The notes beneath the pieces were generated by a model. The model was not told the DNA's origin and did not search any database. It saw only the letters and a program-made list of their open reading frames with translations. Positions 14,235 through 30,481 of a DNA stretch of 64,000 nt are shown piece after piece (position 1 is the stretch's first letter; each line of letters starts with the position of its first letter). A program made the translations under genes and the position numbers. The stretch lies in the NCBI RefSeq assembly GCF_009914755.1, contig NC_060925.1, one strand, 5' to 3'. The DNA is from the human T2T-CHM13v2.0 reference genome, Homo sapiens.

Positions 14235-14521
14235 CTGGGGCGATCCTTCTGTGTAAGCAGCATATGAAGCCCTTCCAGCAATGCTTTTAAGGTCTCCAAA
14301 TGAAGCGTCTTCATCAGTGATCCCAGAGGGAGGCAGGTGAAGGGCCAGGCCTGCACCATCACCGTCAGAGTCTGGAAGTGTCTCCTGCGGAAGGCCTCCA
14401 TGAAGAGTGGGAGATAGAGCACCCTGGGCAGCTCCTCCATGGCAGAGATGGACAAGGCCTGGTCTCTCAGCAGGCTCTGCCCTGCCAGCTCCAGGAGTCT
14501 GGGTGGGGCCTGGATGCTCAT
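14235..14521 (-). CDS. PRAMEF14: PRAMEF14-like, first coding exon (287 nt), BC-box/Cul2-box region
   Basis: [21 protein letters not shown]...KDRPR; donor CCCAG|gtgagg. Confidence 0.9.
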
Positions 14522-14925
14522 CCTGATAGATCTGCAAGAAAAATCTCTAGAAGACAAATCCAGGGAAAATGTATCACTCTCATGGCAAACACAATCATCT
14601 GCTTCTACTGGTACCAGGAAGAATGTCTTCCAAACACCAAGGAGGGAGGGGTCAAGGAGACCACTGGCTTATTAATTTTCATCCTTCATTCCACTGAATC
14701 CCAGAACCACCGGACACTGCCACTGAGGATCCTGAAAGCCAAGCTCTACCTCTTTGAGGAAAAATTTCTTGTCACTTACCACCCTAAAGCAATGAGAATG
14801 AGAGTGTCCTGTGGCCCCAGACAGCCTCCATTCTCAGTTCACACCATAAACGTGCTGGGGGAACACTAAAGGGACTCCCTAAAATCGATGCCATTATTTT
14901 TTATTTTGAAAATTTTCTACCAGAA

Positions 14926-15720
14926 ATGGACCAGGTGCTGTGGCTCATGTCTGTAATCCCAACACTGCTGGACACCAAGGCAGGCAGATCACTTGAGGTC
15001 AGGAGTTCGAGAACAGCCTGGCCTACATAATGAAACGATGTCTCTACTAAATACAAAAAAATTAAGAATCATTTGACTCCAGAAGGCAGAGGTTGCAGTG
15101 AGCCAAGATCTCACCACTGCTCTCCAGCCTGGGTGACAGAGTTGGACTCCGACTCAAACAAAAACAAACTGATAAATTAATTAATTAAAATGTTAGCCAG
15201 GTGTGGTCATGCATGACTGTAATCCTAGCTACTCTGGAGGCAGAGGAAGGAGAATCACTTGAAGCCCAGAGGCAGAGTTTCCAGGGAGCCCAGCTCAGGG
15301 CCCTGCACTCCAGTCTGGGTGACACACTCAGAGTACATCGCAGAAAAAAAACAAAATAATTCACTGGAACTGTAAAAGTGGTGTGATGGTATTCCACAGC
15401 ATTTGGAAGGTATGTATAGAAATGCTAACTGTAGCTGGGCGCGGTGGCTCACTCCTGTAATCCCAGCACTTTGGGAGTCTGAGGTGGGCAGATCTCCTGA
15501 GGTCAGGAGTTTGAGGCCAGCATGGCCAACATGGCAAAACCCTGTGTCTACTAAAAATACAAAAATTAGCTGGGCATGGTGGTGAGTGCCTGTAATCCAA
15601 GCTACTCAGGAGGCTGAAGCAGGAGAATCGCATGTAACTAGGAGGCAGAAATTTCAGTGAGCCAAATCACACCATGGCACTGCAGCCTGGGCAACAATAG
15701 GGAAACTCCATCTCAAAAAC
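14926..15720 (+). mobile_element. Alu cluster in intron 1 of the PRAMEF14-like gene
   Basis: About three partial or complete Alus. Confidence 0.9.
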
Positions 15721-16263
15721 TGTAAAAGTGCTACCATGCTATTCTAGAGCACTGTAACTCTGAGATGAAGGTTCCTATAGACATCACTTCCACATACTCA
15801 CAATTACCCACTTTTTGATGGATCCTAGGGGCAAAGATAAATCCCATGATCTGAGCAAAACTGCACTCTTGAGATTGGTGTGTGGGATACCTTTAAGGAT
15901 TTTATGAAAATGAAAGCATACTTGGAGAATCACAATAACACCAAGTCTATGAACTGTAATTGAAGGGCACAAAAACAGATAACTTCAAATGTCAAGAAAT
16001 AAAAATTCATGTCACTGTAAATTTTTAATATATTTTTAAAAAACCTGCTTCGATAAGAATTTTAAAATGACAAAAACTAAGCACAAATCACAATTTGATG
16101 GATGAAGACAAAACTACATTTAGAGGAAAAATGAAAGCCTAAATCTGTTCATCTCACGAAACAGACAGAAAAATATTGTGTGCCACTTTGGGATGTGTGT
16201 CACCGTCCCTGACTGGCTGGCTGCTGATCAGATGGGCATGACCCTAAGAAGGTGGTGACTTAC

Positions 16264-16345
16264 CAGCGCTGGACTCACTTTGCAGAGTTCTGGGACCTCT
16301 CAGGGAACCAAGCAGTAGCTCCAGGAATGAGTGCTGTGGGTCTCT
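16264..16345 (-). other. PRAMEF14: Non-coding exon 1 of the PRAMEF14-like gene (start approximate)
   Basis: Donor CTG|GTAAGT at 16263; paralogous sequence precedes the other two genes. Confidence 0.7.
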
Positions 16346-16560
16346 TCTGGGTACCCTCAGGAGCTTTTATGGACCTTTCTAACCCCACCCTTCCCTTCTC
16401 AATCACCAGCTTCCAATCAGAAACTGATACCTGATTAGATCTTGCAGTCACACCCAGTTAATCCTGATTGAGTTTTCAGCTTTCTTCTGACTAATTGATC
16501 GAATTAGATACACATTTATGGAAGTAAAAGAATAAATAATAGGGTGAAAGTCCAAAACTC
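16346..16560 (-). promoter_or_regulatory. PRAMEF promoter: TATA-like CATAAAAG, CCAAT box, near-consensus DUX4 motifs
   Basis: CTTTTATG 16364-16371; CCAATC ~16413; TGATTAGATCT 16432, TGATTGAGTTT 16465 and TGATCGAATTA 16496 against TGATTRRRTTA. Confidence 0.6.
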
Positions 16561-17073
16561 ATTCGTTCATTTATTCCCGAAATACTGATGAAGTTTGGCT
16601 AATACACGACTTTCGTAGTGATGTAGGGAAGGGATTAATCTGTTCCTGATATTAGGCCAAAAAAAAAAAAACCTTAAGGTGTCCTTATTGGAGGATGTTT
16701 GGCCACATCAAAATTGTCAAAATGTTTCAGAGCTACAACAGCCTGAAGAAGATAGTGATGTCATTCCCAAGAAAACAGAATAAAAAGCTGTGTATATCGA
16801 ATGGTCACCTGTGTTTTATGCTATCTAACATAGCAGATCATATGCACATTCAGGTAGAAGAAAGGAACCACTGAGAGTGTGATCTATCTCAAGACTAAGT
16901 CAAGGCTTCACCGAAGGAAATCAGGACAAAGTGACCAAGTGAGGTGGGGACTGAGCGGAATGAGACTAGGTGTTCTAATGGGAACCTGCAAAGGAAACAA
17001 GACAATGTAAAACATGGCGGTTATCTTGTGGGCATCTAGATGTCAGGACTCAAAGTCTTTTGTCAAGATTGAG

Positions 17074-17400
17074 TTTATTTATTGATTGTTTGTTTGATTT
17101 TCAGACTGGGCCTACATCTGTCACTCAGGCTGGAGTGCAGTGGCACGATTTCAGCTCACTGCAGCCTCAACCTTCTGGTTCAAGTGATTCTCTCACTTCT
17201 GCCTCCCAAGTAGCTGGGAATTACGGGTGCACTCCAACAAGCCCTACTAATTTTTGTATTTTAGTCGAGATGGGGTTTCACCATGTTGGCCGTCACCATG
17301 TTGGCCCGGCTGGTCTCAAACTCCTGACCTCAAGTGATCTCCTCACCTTGGCCTCCCAAAAGGCTGGGATAACAGGCATCAGCCATCTCACCCACCCTAG
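17074..17400 (-). mobile_element. Alu
   Basis: Antisense dimeric Alu with a small CACCATGTTGGCC duplication. Confidence 0.9.
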
Positions 17401-17972
17401 ATTGAGTTCAGAAATTAAAAGGAGAATCATCAAAAGAGATAGGGCAGACTTAAACCATAACATTCACTTTGAAAACACAGGGGGCAGGTATAGTCTTGGC
17501 CCTACTAGAAGGTAAAGGGTGTTTACTCACAAAACTGATGGGCTCCTCTCAGAAAACCAGCTTGCAAAGATGGAATCTAAGAATGTGAGCTGGAGCAGAG
17601 GCCAGAGAGAAGATTGGGGCCAGACCTGGGAAGGGAGGCTCTCCCAAGCTGGAAGCCACCCAGGTAGAAACTGTGGGCTCTACAGGATGTGAGAGAGAAA
17701 TGAACGAGGGTCCATATGTCCGTCATTGTTCTATCATCTGGAAACCTTTCCTTTAGACTCTGGGATCTTCCCACAGTGGAACATTTCCCAGCAACCATTG
17801 GCCCCAGTCATTTTCCAGGACCCTTCATCCAAATCTTAATCTCACCCACTCCCTTCCTACTCTAATTTGATAATTCATGTTTCCTCCTTCTTAGAGTCCT
17901 TTCCTGTCACTAATATTGAACATAGAGATTCTTATCAGAGCATCAACATTAGGCCTACAAAGAAAGCTCAGA

Positions 17973-18275
17973 CCCAGGCACAGTGGCTCATGCCTGTAAC
18001 ATCAGCACTTTGAGAGGCCAAGGTGGGCTGATCATGAGGTCAGTATATCAAGACCATTCTAGCTAACACGGTGAAACTCCGTCTCTACTAAAAATACAAA
18101 AAATTAGCCGAGCATAGTGGCAGATGTCTGCACTCCCAGCTACTCAGAAGGCTGAGGCAGGAGAATCGCTTAAACCCAGGATGTGAAGTTGCAGTGAGCT
18201 GAGATGGCGCCACTGCCCTCCATCCTGGGTGACAGCATGACACTGTCAAAAAAGAACAAAAGAAAAAGCAAGCAA
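17973..18275 (+). mobile_element. Alu (Y/S-like)
   Basis: Dimeric Alu. Confidence 0.9.
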
Positions 18276-18281
18276 GCATGC

Positions 18282-18341
<60 letters not shown>

Positions 18342-18394
18342 AGGAAGGAAGGAAGGAAGGAAGGAAAGAAAGGAAAGAAAGAAAGAGAAAGAAA

Positions 18395-18448
<54 letters not shown>

Positions 18449-18450
18449 AA

Positions 18451-18497
<47 letters not shown>

Positions 18498-18560
18498 GAA
18501 GGAAGGAAGGAAGGAAGGAAGGAAGGAAGGAAGGAAGGAAGGAAGGAAAAGAAAGAAAGA
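18282..18560 (+). repeat. Compound (GAAA)n/(GGAA)n microsatellite
   Basis: (GGAA)6 at 18343-18366 and (GGAA)13 at 18497-18548 among GAAA runs. Confidence 0.97.
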
Positions 18561-20724
18561 CCTCAGGCCTCTAATCCCAGCCCTTTGGGAAGCCAAGAAA
18601 GGCAGAGTGCTAGAGCTCAGGAGTTTGTGAGGAATATGGGCAATGTGATGAAACCCTGTCTCTAATAAAAATATAAGATATTAGCTGGGGAGAGGCAGTG
18701 TGCACCTGTAGGCCAAGCTGCCCAAGAAGTTGAGGTGGGAGGATCACCTGAGCCCAGTGAGACTTCTACTTCCCACGCCCCACTTTGTAAACCTGAGGCT
18801 GAGGGTGAGCTCAACACCAATAATGGTTGTGAGAATCTGTGTTCACTGAGCATCCACGAGGCACAACAGACGGCTGGTACTGATCATCCCGGACCTCAGC
18901 TCTTCTTCATGGAGAATCTAAGGCACGTTGCTATTTTCCCCATTTCTAACACGATAAACCTGAGATTTGGCCAGAGGAAAAGCCTTCCCATGTTCTGGTA
19001 GCAAATGATTGGCAAACCCCTCAGGTGAGGGGCTCAGTGGAACCCCCAAGGTGTTCAATAAGCTAAATATTGGAAAGAACTGGCTGACTGACTCCCTCTT
19101 CCTGCCCATTTCAAGGGGTGCAGTAGCACCCCCAGCACCCCAGTGAGAATCCTGCACTTGGGGTCTTTTCTACCATGTTCTGTCGCCAGTTCTTCTCGAG
19201 GTGCTCATCTGCTGCCAAGCTCAGAGCAACCTTCGAAACCCATCTCAGGAAACGACCTGACCTATTCTCCACTCCCAGAATCCACACTGGGATTCCAAAG
19301 CTCCTATGAGGCCCTTGCTTAGGCTCTCTAGAATATTCCTGAGCCTCTGTTTTCTCCCTCAGCCTGAGCTGATGGGGCCGGCGTCACTTTATGCATCCCA
19401 AGGCCATCAGCCCATCTCTCCTGGACTTCGGAACATGGCCACAATGCAGAGAGACCCAGCAGTAATTAAGAAAATTTCCTCAATTTATATTGAGTGATGT
19501 TGGTGAACATGGCAAGGCACAAAGCAGGAAACTCCACAGCTGCTGCTCTGGACCTAAAGAGGCACCCTGGACTTCTGGGTGGTGACATTGCCTGGCTTGC
19601 AGAGGAAGACCTGACCCCTCTGGTCTTCCAAGGCTGCCAGGATGATGACAGAGCCTTGGACAGGTCCCAGCGCAGGGGCCATCCCTTCCCAGGTTCCCCT
19701 GGCCCAGCCTTAGAGCTGATAAGGATGCACCTGGAATGTACTAAGTATTTTTTTGTCCAAGCCAGGTCTCTTCTTAGCCTTAGGTGAGGCTTTTTTCAGC
19801 TGGGTGCTATGGAAGAACCCCAAGCCCAGTGGGCATCACTGCAATGCCCACATGGTAAGTATGTGTGTGTGTGTGTGGCCACCTAGAAAGGCACAACTCT
19901 ACCTAACAGAGCTGGTTCCATGGAAGAGAAAAGTATAACATCCCATGTCCCTGGTAGGACAACTTCCTCTGGGAGTCCAGCAACAAGACGTGGAATCTGC
20001 GGACAAGAGGTCCCTGGGTAAAAGCCCTCATTTGAGGATAAGAGTAAAGTTGAACCTTAGACCCTGAGGGATCTATGCCCTTCCCACAGGGCTGCAGCCG
20101 AGCCAGCCCTGACTCCCAGGCACAATAGCCCAGAGAGATCTTCGAAGGGAAGTAAACCTGCTGGGGCCTCAGGGCTCAGAAAAAGCCCTGGACCTATCTC
20201 CCAGTCATGCCTCTCCCACTCCCAAGTGCCTCTGGCCCTGGAACTGTCAGAGACCCCTGTGTCTTTTCCATGTGCTCTTCTTCTCCTTTCACTCAGCCCT
20301 GCCTCTGCCAATGCTCCCTGCATTTGCCTCCATGTAGGGCCCCCAACCCCAAGCTCTGGCAGTGGCTGGGGAGCTAGGGGTTTTTGTGCCCACCTGGAGA
20401 AAGCCTCACTCAGCATGGGCCCGTGTGGGTTCTGCAATCTTTTCCTACACAGGGTCACCTACAGGTGTTATAGTTGCATCTCCCCTAGAAGAGCCAATGG
20501 GGATGGGTGAGGAATCTGAAATCACTCAGGCACCCCACATACAAATGAGAGCCAGGGTCCCTGCAAGCACAGGCCCCGGGGTAGGTCCTGGCCCTTGTTG
20601 TTGCCTTCTGATCCCAGAGGCCTTGGGTTTGTGGTCACAGGAGCCCTACCTACTTCCCATGCACCCCCAGCCCAAGATAAACAAATTCCTGCAGCCTCCC
20701 CGGTCCATGTACTTGAGATCTCCA

Positions 20725-20960
20725 GATCGTGCCACTTCACTCCAACCTGGACGACAGGGCGAGACTCGGGGCCAAAAAAAAATTAGCTGAGCATGGTGGC
20801 AGGCACTTGTAGTCCAAGCTATTTGGGAGGCTGAGGTAGGAGAATCACTTGAAGCCAGGAGGCAGAGGTTTAAGTGAGCTGAGATAGAGCCACTACACTG
20901 CAGCCTGGGAAATAGAGCAAGACTCTGTTTCAGGAAAAAGAGACAAGAAAAAGAGAAAAT
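20725..20960 (+). mobile_element. Truncated/chimeric Alu fragments
   Basis: Alu 3' end joined to a second right arm. Confidence 0.8.
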
Positions 20961-21488
20961 CAGAAGCACCGAGCTGTGTTTTTAATGAGGTCCTGCCCCA
21001 GGAAGTCAGGCATCCAAATGAAATTTCCTCATTTTTATCAATTCCCTCCTGTTCTTTACTTCTCTTTACAAATCTGTTACTTCCTGACTTTGTTCTGTGG
21101 CTGATCAGTGGGTGAATACCCACAAGATGCACACACAGGGCCGGGAACATTCTATGTGGGCAAAGAGTGGGAGTCACTCAAGTAAAGCCTCTTCTCAGGG
21201 TCCCTCCCTGCTAACCAGATGCTGAGACCCTGTTCAGTCCTAATGGGCAGATTGAGAAGAATCCATTTCTGACCATTAGCTGTGCTGGGACAGAGATTCA
21301 CTGCACAAGGCATGGCCCCTGCTTTGGAAGGGGACATTCACATCATTGATTACCTGGAGCTTCAGGGCATCACCAACCCATACCTGTCATCATGGAGGGC
21401 AGTGCTCCTTCCTTAATTAAACTAGTTGTGTCTTATAAAGATATCAAAATTCCCTTTTAGCAAAATACTACCTATAATATATAAATAT

Positions 21489-21812
<324 letters not shown>

Positions 21813-21957
21813 TCATATAGACATAAAACATGGTTTAAATATTTCTTTACCACATTCAAAAATCAAGCATGCTTTTTGGGGGCCAGGTCATATTGATGAG
21901 AGATCCTTTCTTAACACCCTTCCCATATCTAGCAGACTAAAGAAGAAGACTAGTGTA

Positions 21958-22948
21958 TGCACGGAAAAGAAAGAGAGATCAGACGGTTACTGTGTCTATG
22001 TAGAAAAGGAAGACATAAGAAACTTCATTTTGATCTGTACCCTGACTTTGCCCTGAGATGCTGTTAATCTGTAACTTTAGCCCCAACTTTGAGCTCACAG
22101 CAGCATGTGTTGTATAGAATCAAGGTTTAAGGGATCCAGGGCTGTGCAGGATGTGCTTTGCTAGCAAAATGTTTACAGGCACTATGCTTGATAAAAGTCA
22201 TCACCATTCTCCATTCTCAAGTAACCAGGGGTGCAATACACTGTGAAAAACCTCAGGGACCCCTGCCCTGGAAAGCCAGGTATTGTCCAAGGTTTCTCCC
22301 CATGTGATAGTCTGAAATATGACCTCATTGAATGGGAAAGACCTGACCTTCCACCCAGCTTGACATCCATTAAGGGTCTGTGCTGAGGAGGATTAGTAAA
22401 AGAGGAAGGCCTCTTGCAGTTGAGATAAGAGGAAGGCTTCTGTCTCCTGCCTGCCCCTGGGAACTGAATGCCTCAGTATAAAACCTGATTATACATTTGT
22501 TCTATTCTGAGATAGGAGAAAAACTGCCTGTGGTGGGAGGCGAGACATGTTGGCAGCAATGCTGCTTTGTTACTCTTTACTCCACTGAGATGTTTGAGTG
22601 GAGAAAAGCATAAATCTGGCCTATGTGCACATCCGGGCATAGTATCATCCCTTGAACTTATTTGTGACACAGATTCCTCTGCTCACATGTTTTCTTGCTG
22701 ACTTTCTCCCCACTATCACCCTGCTCTCCTGCCACTTTTCCCTTACTGAGTTAGTGAAAATAGTAATCAATAAATACTGAGGGAACTCAGAGACCAGTGC
22801 CGGTGTGCGTCCTCCATATGCTGAGCACCAGTCCCCTGGGCCCATTTTTCTTTCTCTATACTTTGTCTCTGTGTCTTATTTCTTTTCTCAGTCTCTTGTC
22901 CTGCCTGATGAGAAATACCCACAGGTGTGGAGTGGCTGACCCCTTTCA
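21958..22948 (+). mobile_element. 5' LTR (LTR5)
   Basis: TG...CA termini; TATAAAA ~22477; AATAAA ~22769. Confidence 0.95.
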
Positions 22949-22950
22949 TC

Positions 22951-22968
22951 TGGCGCCCAACGTGGGCC
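22951..22968 (+). promoter_or_regulatory. Primer-binding site, tRNA-Lys
   Basis: TGGCGCCCAACGTGGGCC. Confidence 0.93.
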
Positions 22969-23090
22969 TTTCTCTAGGGTGAAGGTATGCTAAAAACGTG
23001 AGCATTGAAGACAGTCAACGAGAGATTCCCAAGTACTTCCACGGTCAGCCATGCGGTAAGCTTGTGTGCTCAGAGGAACCCAGGGTAACA

Positions 23091-25184
23091 ATGGGACAAA
23101 CTGAAAGTAAATATGCCTCTTATCTCAGCTTCATTAAAATTCTTCTAAGAAGATGGGGAGTTAGAGCTTCTACAGAAAATCTAATTATGTTATTTCAAAC
23201 AATAGAACAATTCTGCCCATGGTTTCCAAAACAAGGACTTTAGATCTAAAAGATTGGGGGAAAATTGGCAAAGAATTAAAACAAGCAAGTAGGGAAGATA
23301 AAATCATCCCACTTACAGTATGGAATGATTGGCCCATTATTAAAACAACTTTAGAACCGTTTCAAATAGAAACAGATAGCCTTTCAATTTCTGATGCCCC
23401 TGAAAGCTGTGTAGTAGATTGTGAAGAAGAGGCAGAGACAAAATCCCGGAAATTAATGGAAAGTTCACATTGTAAAATGTAACAGAGTCTGTAATGGCTC
23501 AGTCAACGCAAAATGTTGACTACAATCAGTTACAGGAGGTAATATATCCTGAATCATCAAAACTGGTGGAAGGAGGTCCAGAATTATTGGGGCTACCAGA
23601 GCCTAAACCACAATGGCCATCAACTCCTCCTCCAGCGGTTCAGATGCCTGTAACATTACAACCTCAAATGCAGGTTAGACAAGTGCAAACCCCAAGAGAA
23701 TATCATGTAGAAAAGGATAGAGTCTCTATCCCGGCCATGCCAATTCAGATACAGTATCCACAATATCAGCTGGTAGAAAATAAGACCCAACCACCGGTAG
23801 TTTATCAATACTGGCCGCCAGCTGAGCTTCAGTATGGGCCGTCTCCGGAGGTTCAATACAGACCTCAAGCTGTGTGTCCCGTGCCACACAGCACGGCACC
23901 TCACCAGCAACCCAGCGGTGTTTAGTCCTACATCACCACCTAGTGGACAAGGTAGTACACTGCATGAAATTATTGATAAAGCCAGAAAACAGGGAGATCT
24001 TGAGGCATGGCAGTTCCTTGTAATTTTACAACCAATACCAGCTGGGAAAGGGGGGCAAGCTGGAGCGTCTGTCCAAACTGAGGCTAGATATGAATCTTTC
24101 ACCATGAAAATGTTAAAAGATATGAAGGAAGGAGTTAAACAATATGGACCCAACTCCCCTTATATGAGAACTTTATTAGATCCCATTGCTCATGGAAATA
24201 GACTTATTCCCTATGATTGGGAAATGTTGGCTAAATCTTCCCTTTCACCCTCTCAGTTCCTACAATTTAAAACCTGGTGGATTGATGGAGTACAAGAACA
24301 GGCACGAAAAAATCAGGCTATTTATCCCGCTGTTAATATAGATGCAGATCGATTGCTAGGAACAGGTCCAAATTGGAGCACAATTGGCCAACAGTCAGTA
24401 ATGCAGAATGAGGGTATTGAACATCTAAGGGCTCTTTGCCTCAGGGACTGGGAAAAAATTCAGGACCCAGGCACCTGGGTGCCCCACGCACCACTTGCCC
24501 AGGCACCGCTTGCCCTTCTTCTAATTCAATTAGACAAGGCTGCAAAGAGCCATATCCAGACTTTGTGGCAAGGTTGCAAGATGCCTCTGAAAAATCTGTT
24601 TCGGATGATAATGCCCAAAAAGTTATTGTAGAAATAATGGCTTATCAAAAGTCAAATCCAGAATTTCAACCAGCCATAAAGCCATTAAAAGGAAAAGGTC
24701 CAGCAGGAGTTGATGTAATTACAGAATATGTGAAAGCTTGTGATGGGATTGGAGGAGCTATGCGAAAGGCAATGCTAATGGCTCAAGCAATGACCGGAGT
24801 CACTTTAGGAGGATAGTTAGAGCATTTGGGGGGAAATGTTATAATTGTGGTCAAATCGGTCATCTAAAAAAGAACTGCCCAGTCTTAAATAAACAGAGTA
24901 AAAATAAAGAGCCACCTGGCCTGTGTCCAAGACATGGAAAAGGAAAACATTGGGCTAATCAATGTCGTCCTAAATATGATAAAAATGGGCAACTATTGTC
25001 GGAAAAAGGGGTGAGGGGCCAGCCTCAGTCCCAACAACAAACTGGGGCATTCCCGATTCAGCCGTTTGTTCTTCAGGGTTTTCAGGGACAGCAACCACCA
25101 CAGCAAATACCACCACTTCAGGGAATCAGCCAATTACAACGATACAACAGCTGTCCCCCGCCACAGCAGGCAGCACAGCAGTAG
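23091..25184 (+). pseudogene. gag: HERV-K gag, disrupted
   Basis: MGQTESKYASYLSFIKILL; capsid (QYGPNSPYM; RQGCKEPYPDFVARL); zinc knuckles ~24837-24965; several frameshifts and stops. Confidence 0.93.
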
Positions 25185-25965
25185 ATTTATGTTCCACTCA
25201 AAAGGTTTCTTTACTCCCTGGAGAGACCCCGCAAAAGATTCCTACAGGGGTATATGGCCCACTGCCAGGAGGGACAGTAGGCCTCATTTTAGGGAGATGA
25301 AGTCTAAATTTGAAGGGAGTCCAAATTCATACTGGGGTAATTGATTCAGATTATAAAGGGGAAATTCAGTTAGTGATCAGCTCCACTGTTCCCTGGAGTG
25401 CCAATCCAGGTAATAGAATTGCTCAATTATTGCTTTTGCCTTATATTAAAATTGGGGAAAATAAAACGGAAAGGACAGGAGGGCTTGGAAGTACCAACTC
25501 TGCCGGAAAAGCCACTCATTGGGCTCGTCAGGTCTCAGAGAATAGATCTGTGTGTACAGTCACTATTCAGGGAAAGCAGTTTATAGGATTAGTGGATACC
25601 GATGCTGATGTTTCCATTATCGCCTTAAATCAATGGCCAAAAAATTGGCCTAAACAAAAGCCTGTTACAGGACTTGTCGGTGTGGGCAGCGCCTCAAAAG
25701 TGTATCAAAGCACCATGATTTTACATTGTCTAGGACCTGATAATCAAGAAAGTACAGTTCAACCTATGATTACTGCTATTCCAATTAATTTATGGGGCCG
25801 AGACTTGTTACAACAATGGCATGCAGAGATGACTATCCCAGCCTCCTTATACAGCCCCACGAGTCAAAAAATCATGACTAAAATGGGGTATCTCCCTGGC
25901 AAAGGACTAGGGAAAAATGGAGATGGCATTAAAATCCCAATTGAGGCTGAGGGAAATCAAGAAAG

Positions 25966-28721
<2,756 letters not shown>

Positions 28722-30463
28722 TCATACTTACTGGGCCTGTGTGCCTTTCCCGCCCTTAATTCAGGCAGTCACATGGATGGATAATCCCATTGAAGTATAT
28801 GTTAATAATAGTGCATGGGTACCAGGCCTCACAGATGATCATTGCCCTGCCCAACCTAAAAAAGAATTGATGATAAATATTTCCACTGGGTATCATTATC
28901 CTCCTATTTGCCTAGGGAAGGTGCCAGGATATTTAATGCCTACAACCCCAAATTGGTTGGTAGAAGTACCTACTGTCAGTGCCACCAGTAGATTTACTTA
29001 TCACATAGTAAGTGGGATGTCACTCGGGCCACAGATAAAATAATTTACAGGACTCTTCTTATCAAAGATCATTAAAATTTAGGCCTAAGGGGAAGCCTTG
29101 CCCCAATAAAATTCCCAAAGAATCAAAAGGCCCAAAAGTTTCAGTTTGGGAAGAATGTGTGCCTGATACTGCGGTGGTACTACAAAACAATGAATTTGGA
29201 ACTATTATAGACCAGGCCCCTCGAGGCCAATTTTATTATAATTGTACGGGCCAGACTCACTCATGTTCACAGCCCCATCCATCTGGCCCATTAATCTGGC
29301 CTATGAGAGTGATTTAACTGAAAGGCTGGATCAGGTTTATAGAAAGTTACAATCACCCTATCCATGGAAATGAGGTGAAAAGCGAATTTCATCACCTCGA
29401 CCAAAGTTAGTTAGTCCTGTTACTGGTCCTGAACATCCAGCATTATGAAAGCTTACTGTGGCCTCACACCACATTAGAATTTGGTCTGAAAATCAAGCTA
29501 TAGGAACAAGAGATCATAAGCCATATTATACTATTAACCTAAATTCCAATCTGACAATTCCTTTGCAAAGTTGTGTAAAACCCCCTTATATGCTAGTTGT
29601 AGGAAACATAGTTATTAAACCAGATTCCCAAACTATAACCTGTGAAAACTGTAGATTGTTTACTTGCATTGATTCGACTTTTGATTGGCAGCACCGTATT
29701 CTGCTGGTGAGGGCAAGAGAGGGCATGTGGAAACCTATGTCCATGGACTGACAGTGGGAGGCTTCCCCATCTGTCCATATTTTAATAGAAGTATTAAAAG
29801 GAGTTCTAACTAGATCCAAAAGATTCTTTTTTACTTTGATTGCAGTGATTTTGGGTCTTATTGCAGTCACAGCTACTGCTGTGGCTGCTGGAATTGCTTT
29901 ACACTTCTCTGTTCAAACTGCAGAATATGTAAATAATTGGCAAAAGAATTCCTCAAAATTGTGGAATTCTCAGAACCAAATAGATCAAAAATTGGCAAAC
30001 CAAATTAATGATCTTAGACAAACTGTCATTTGGATGGGAGACAGGCTCATGAGCTTGGAATATCTTTTTCAGTTACAGTGTGACTGGAATATGTCAGATT
30101 TTTGTATTAAACCCCAAGCCTATAATGAGTCTGAGCATCAATGGGACATGGTTAGATGTCATCTATAAGGAAGAGAAGATAATCTTACTTTAGATATTTC
30201 AAAATTAAAAGAACAAATTTTTGAGGCATCAAAAGCCCATTTAAATTTGGTGCCAGAAACTGAGGCAATCGTGAAAGCTGCTGATGGCCTCGCAAATCTT
30301 AACCCTGTCACTTGGGTTAAAACCATCAGAAGTTCAACTATTGTAATTTCATATTAATCCTGGTATATCTGTTTTGTCTGTTGTTAGTCTACAGGTGTAT
30401 CCAGCAGCTCCAAAGAGAGAGCGACCAGTGAGAACGGGCCATGATGATGATGGCGGTTTTCTC

Positions 30464-30479
30464 AAAAAGAAAAGGGGGA
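30464..30479 (+). other. Polypurine tract
   Basis: AAAAAGAAAAGGGGGA just before the 3' LTR. Confidence 0.9.
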
Positions 30480-30481
30480 TA

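Noticed and set aside
14522-14557. N-terminal extensions of PRAMEF ORFs in the track (also 58898, 59570, 40548)
   Set aside because: Non-ATG starts lying in intron/acceptor sequence; true boundaries are set by splice sites
18780-20720. Unique GC-richer stretch with short ORFs and splice-like motifs as a hidden gene
   Set aside because: No recognisable protein similarity or consistent exon phase by eye; needs tBLASTx/RNA-seq
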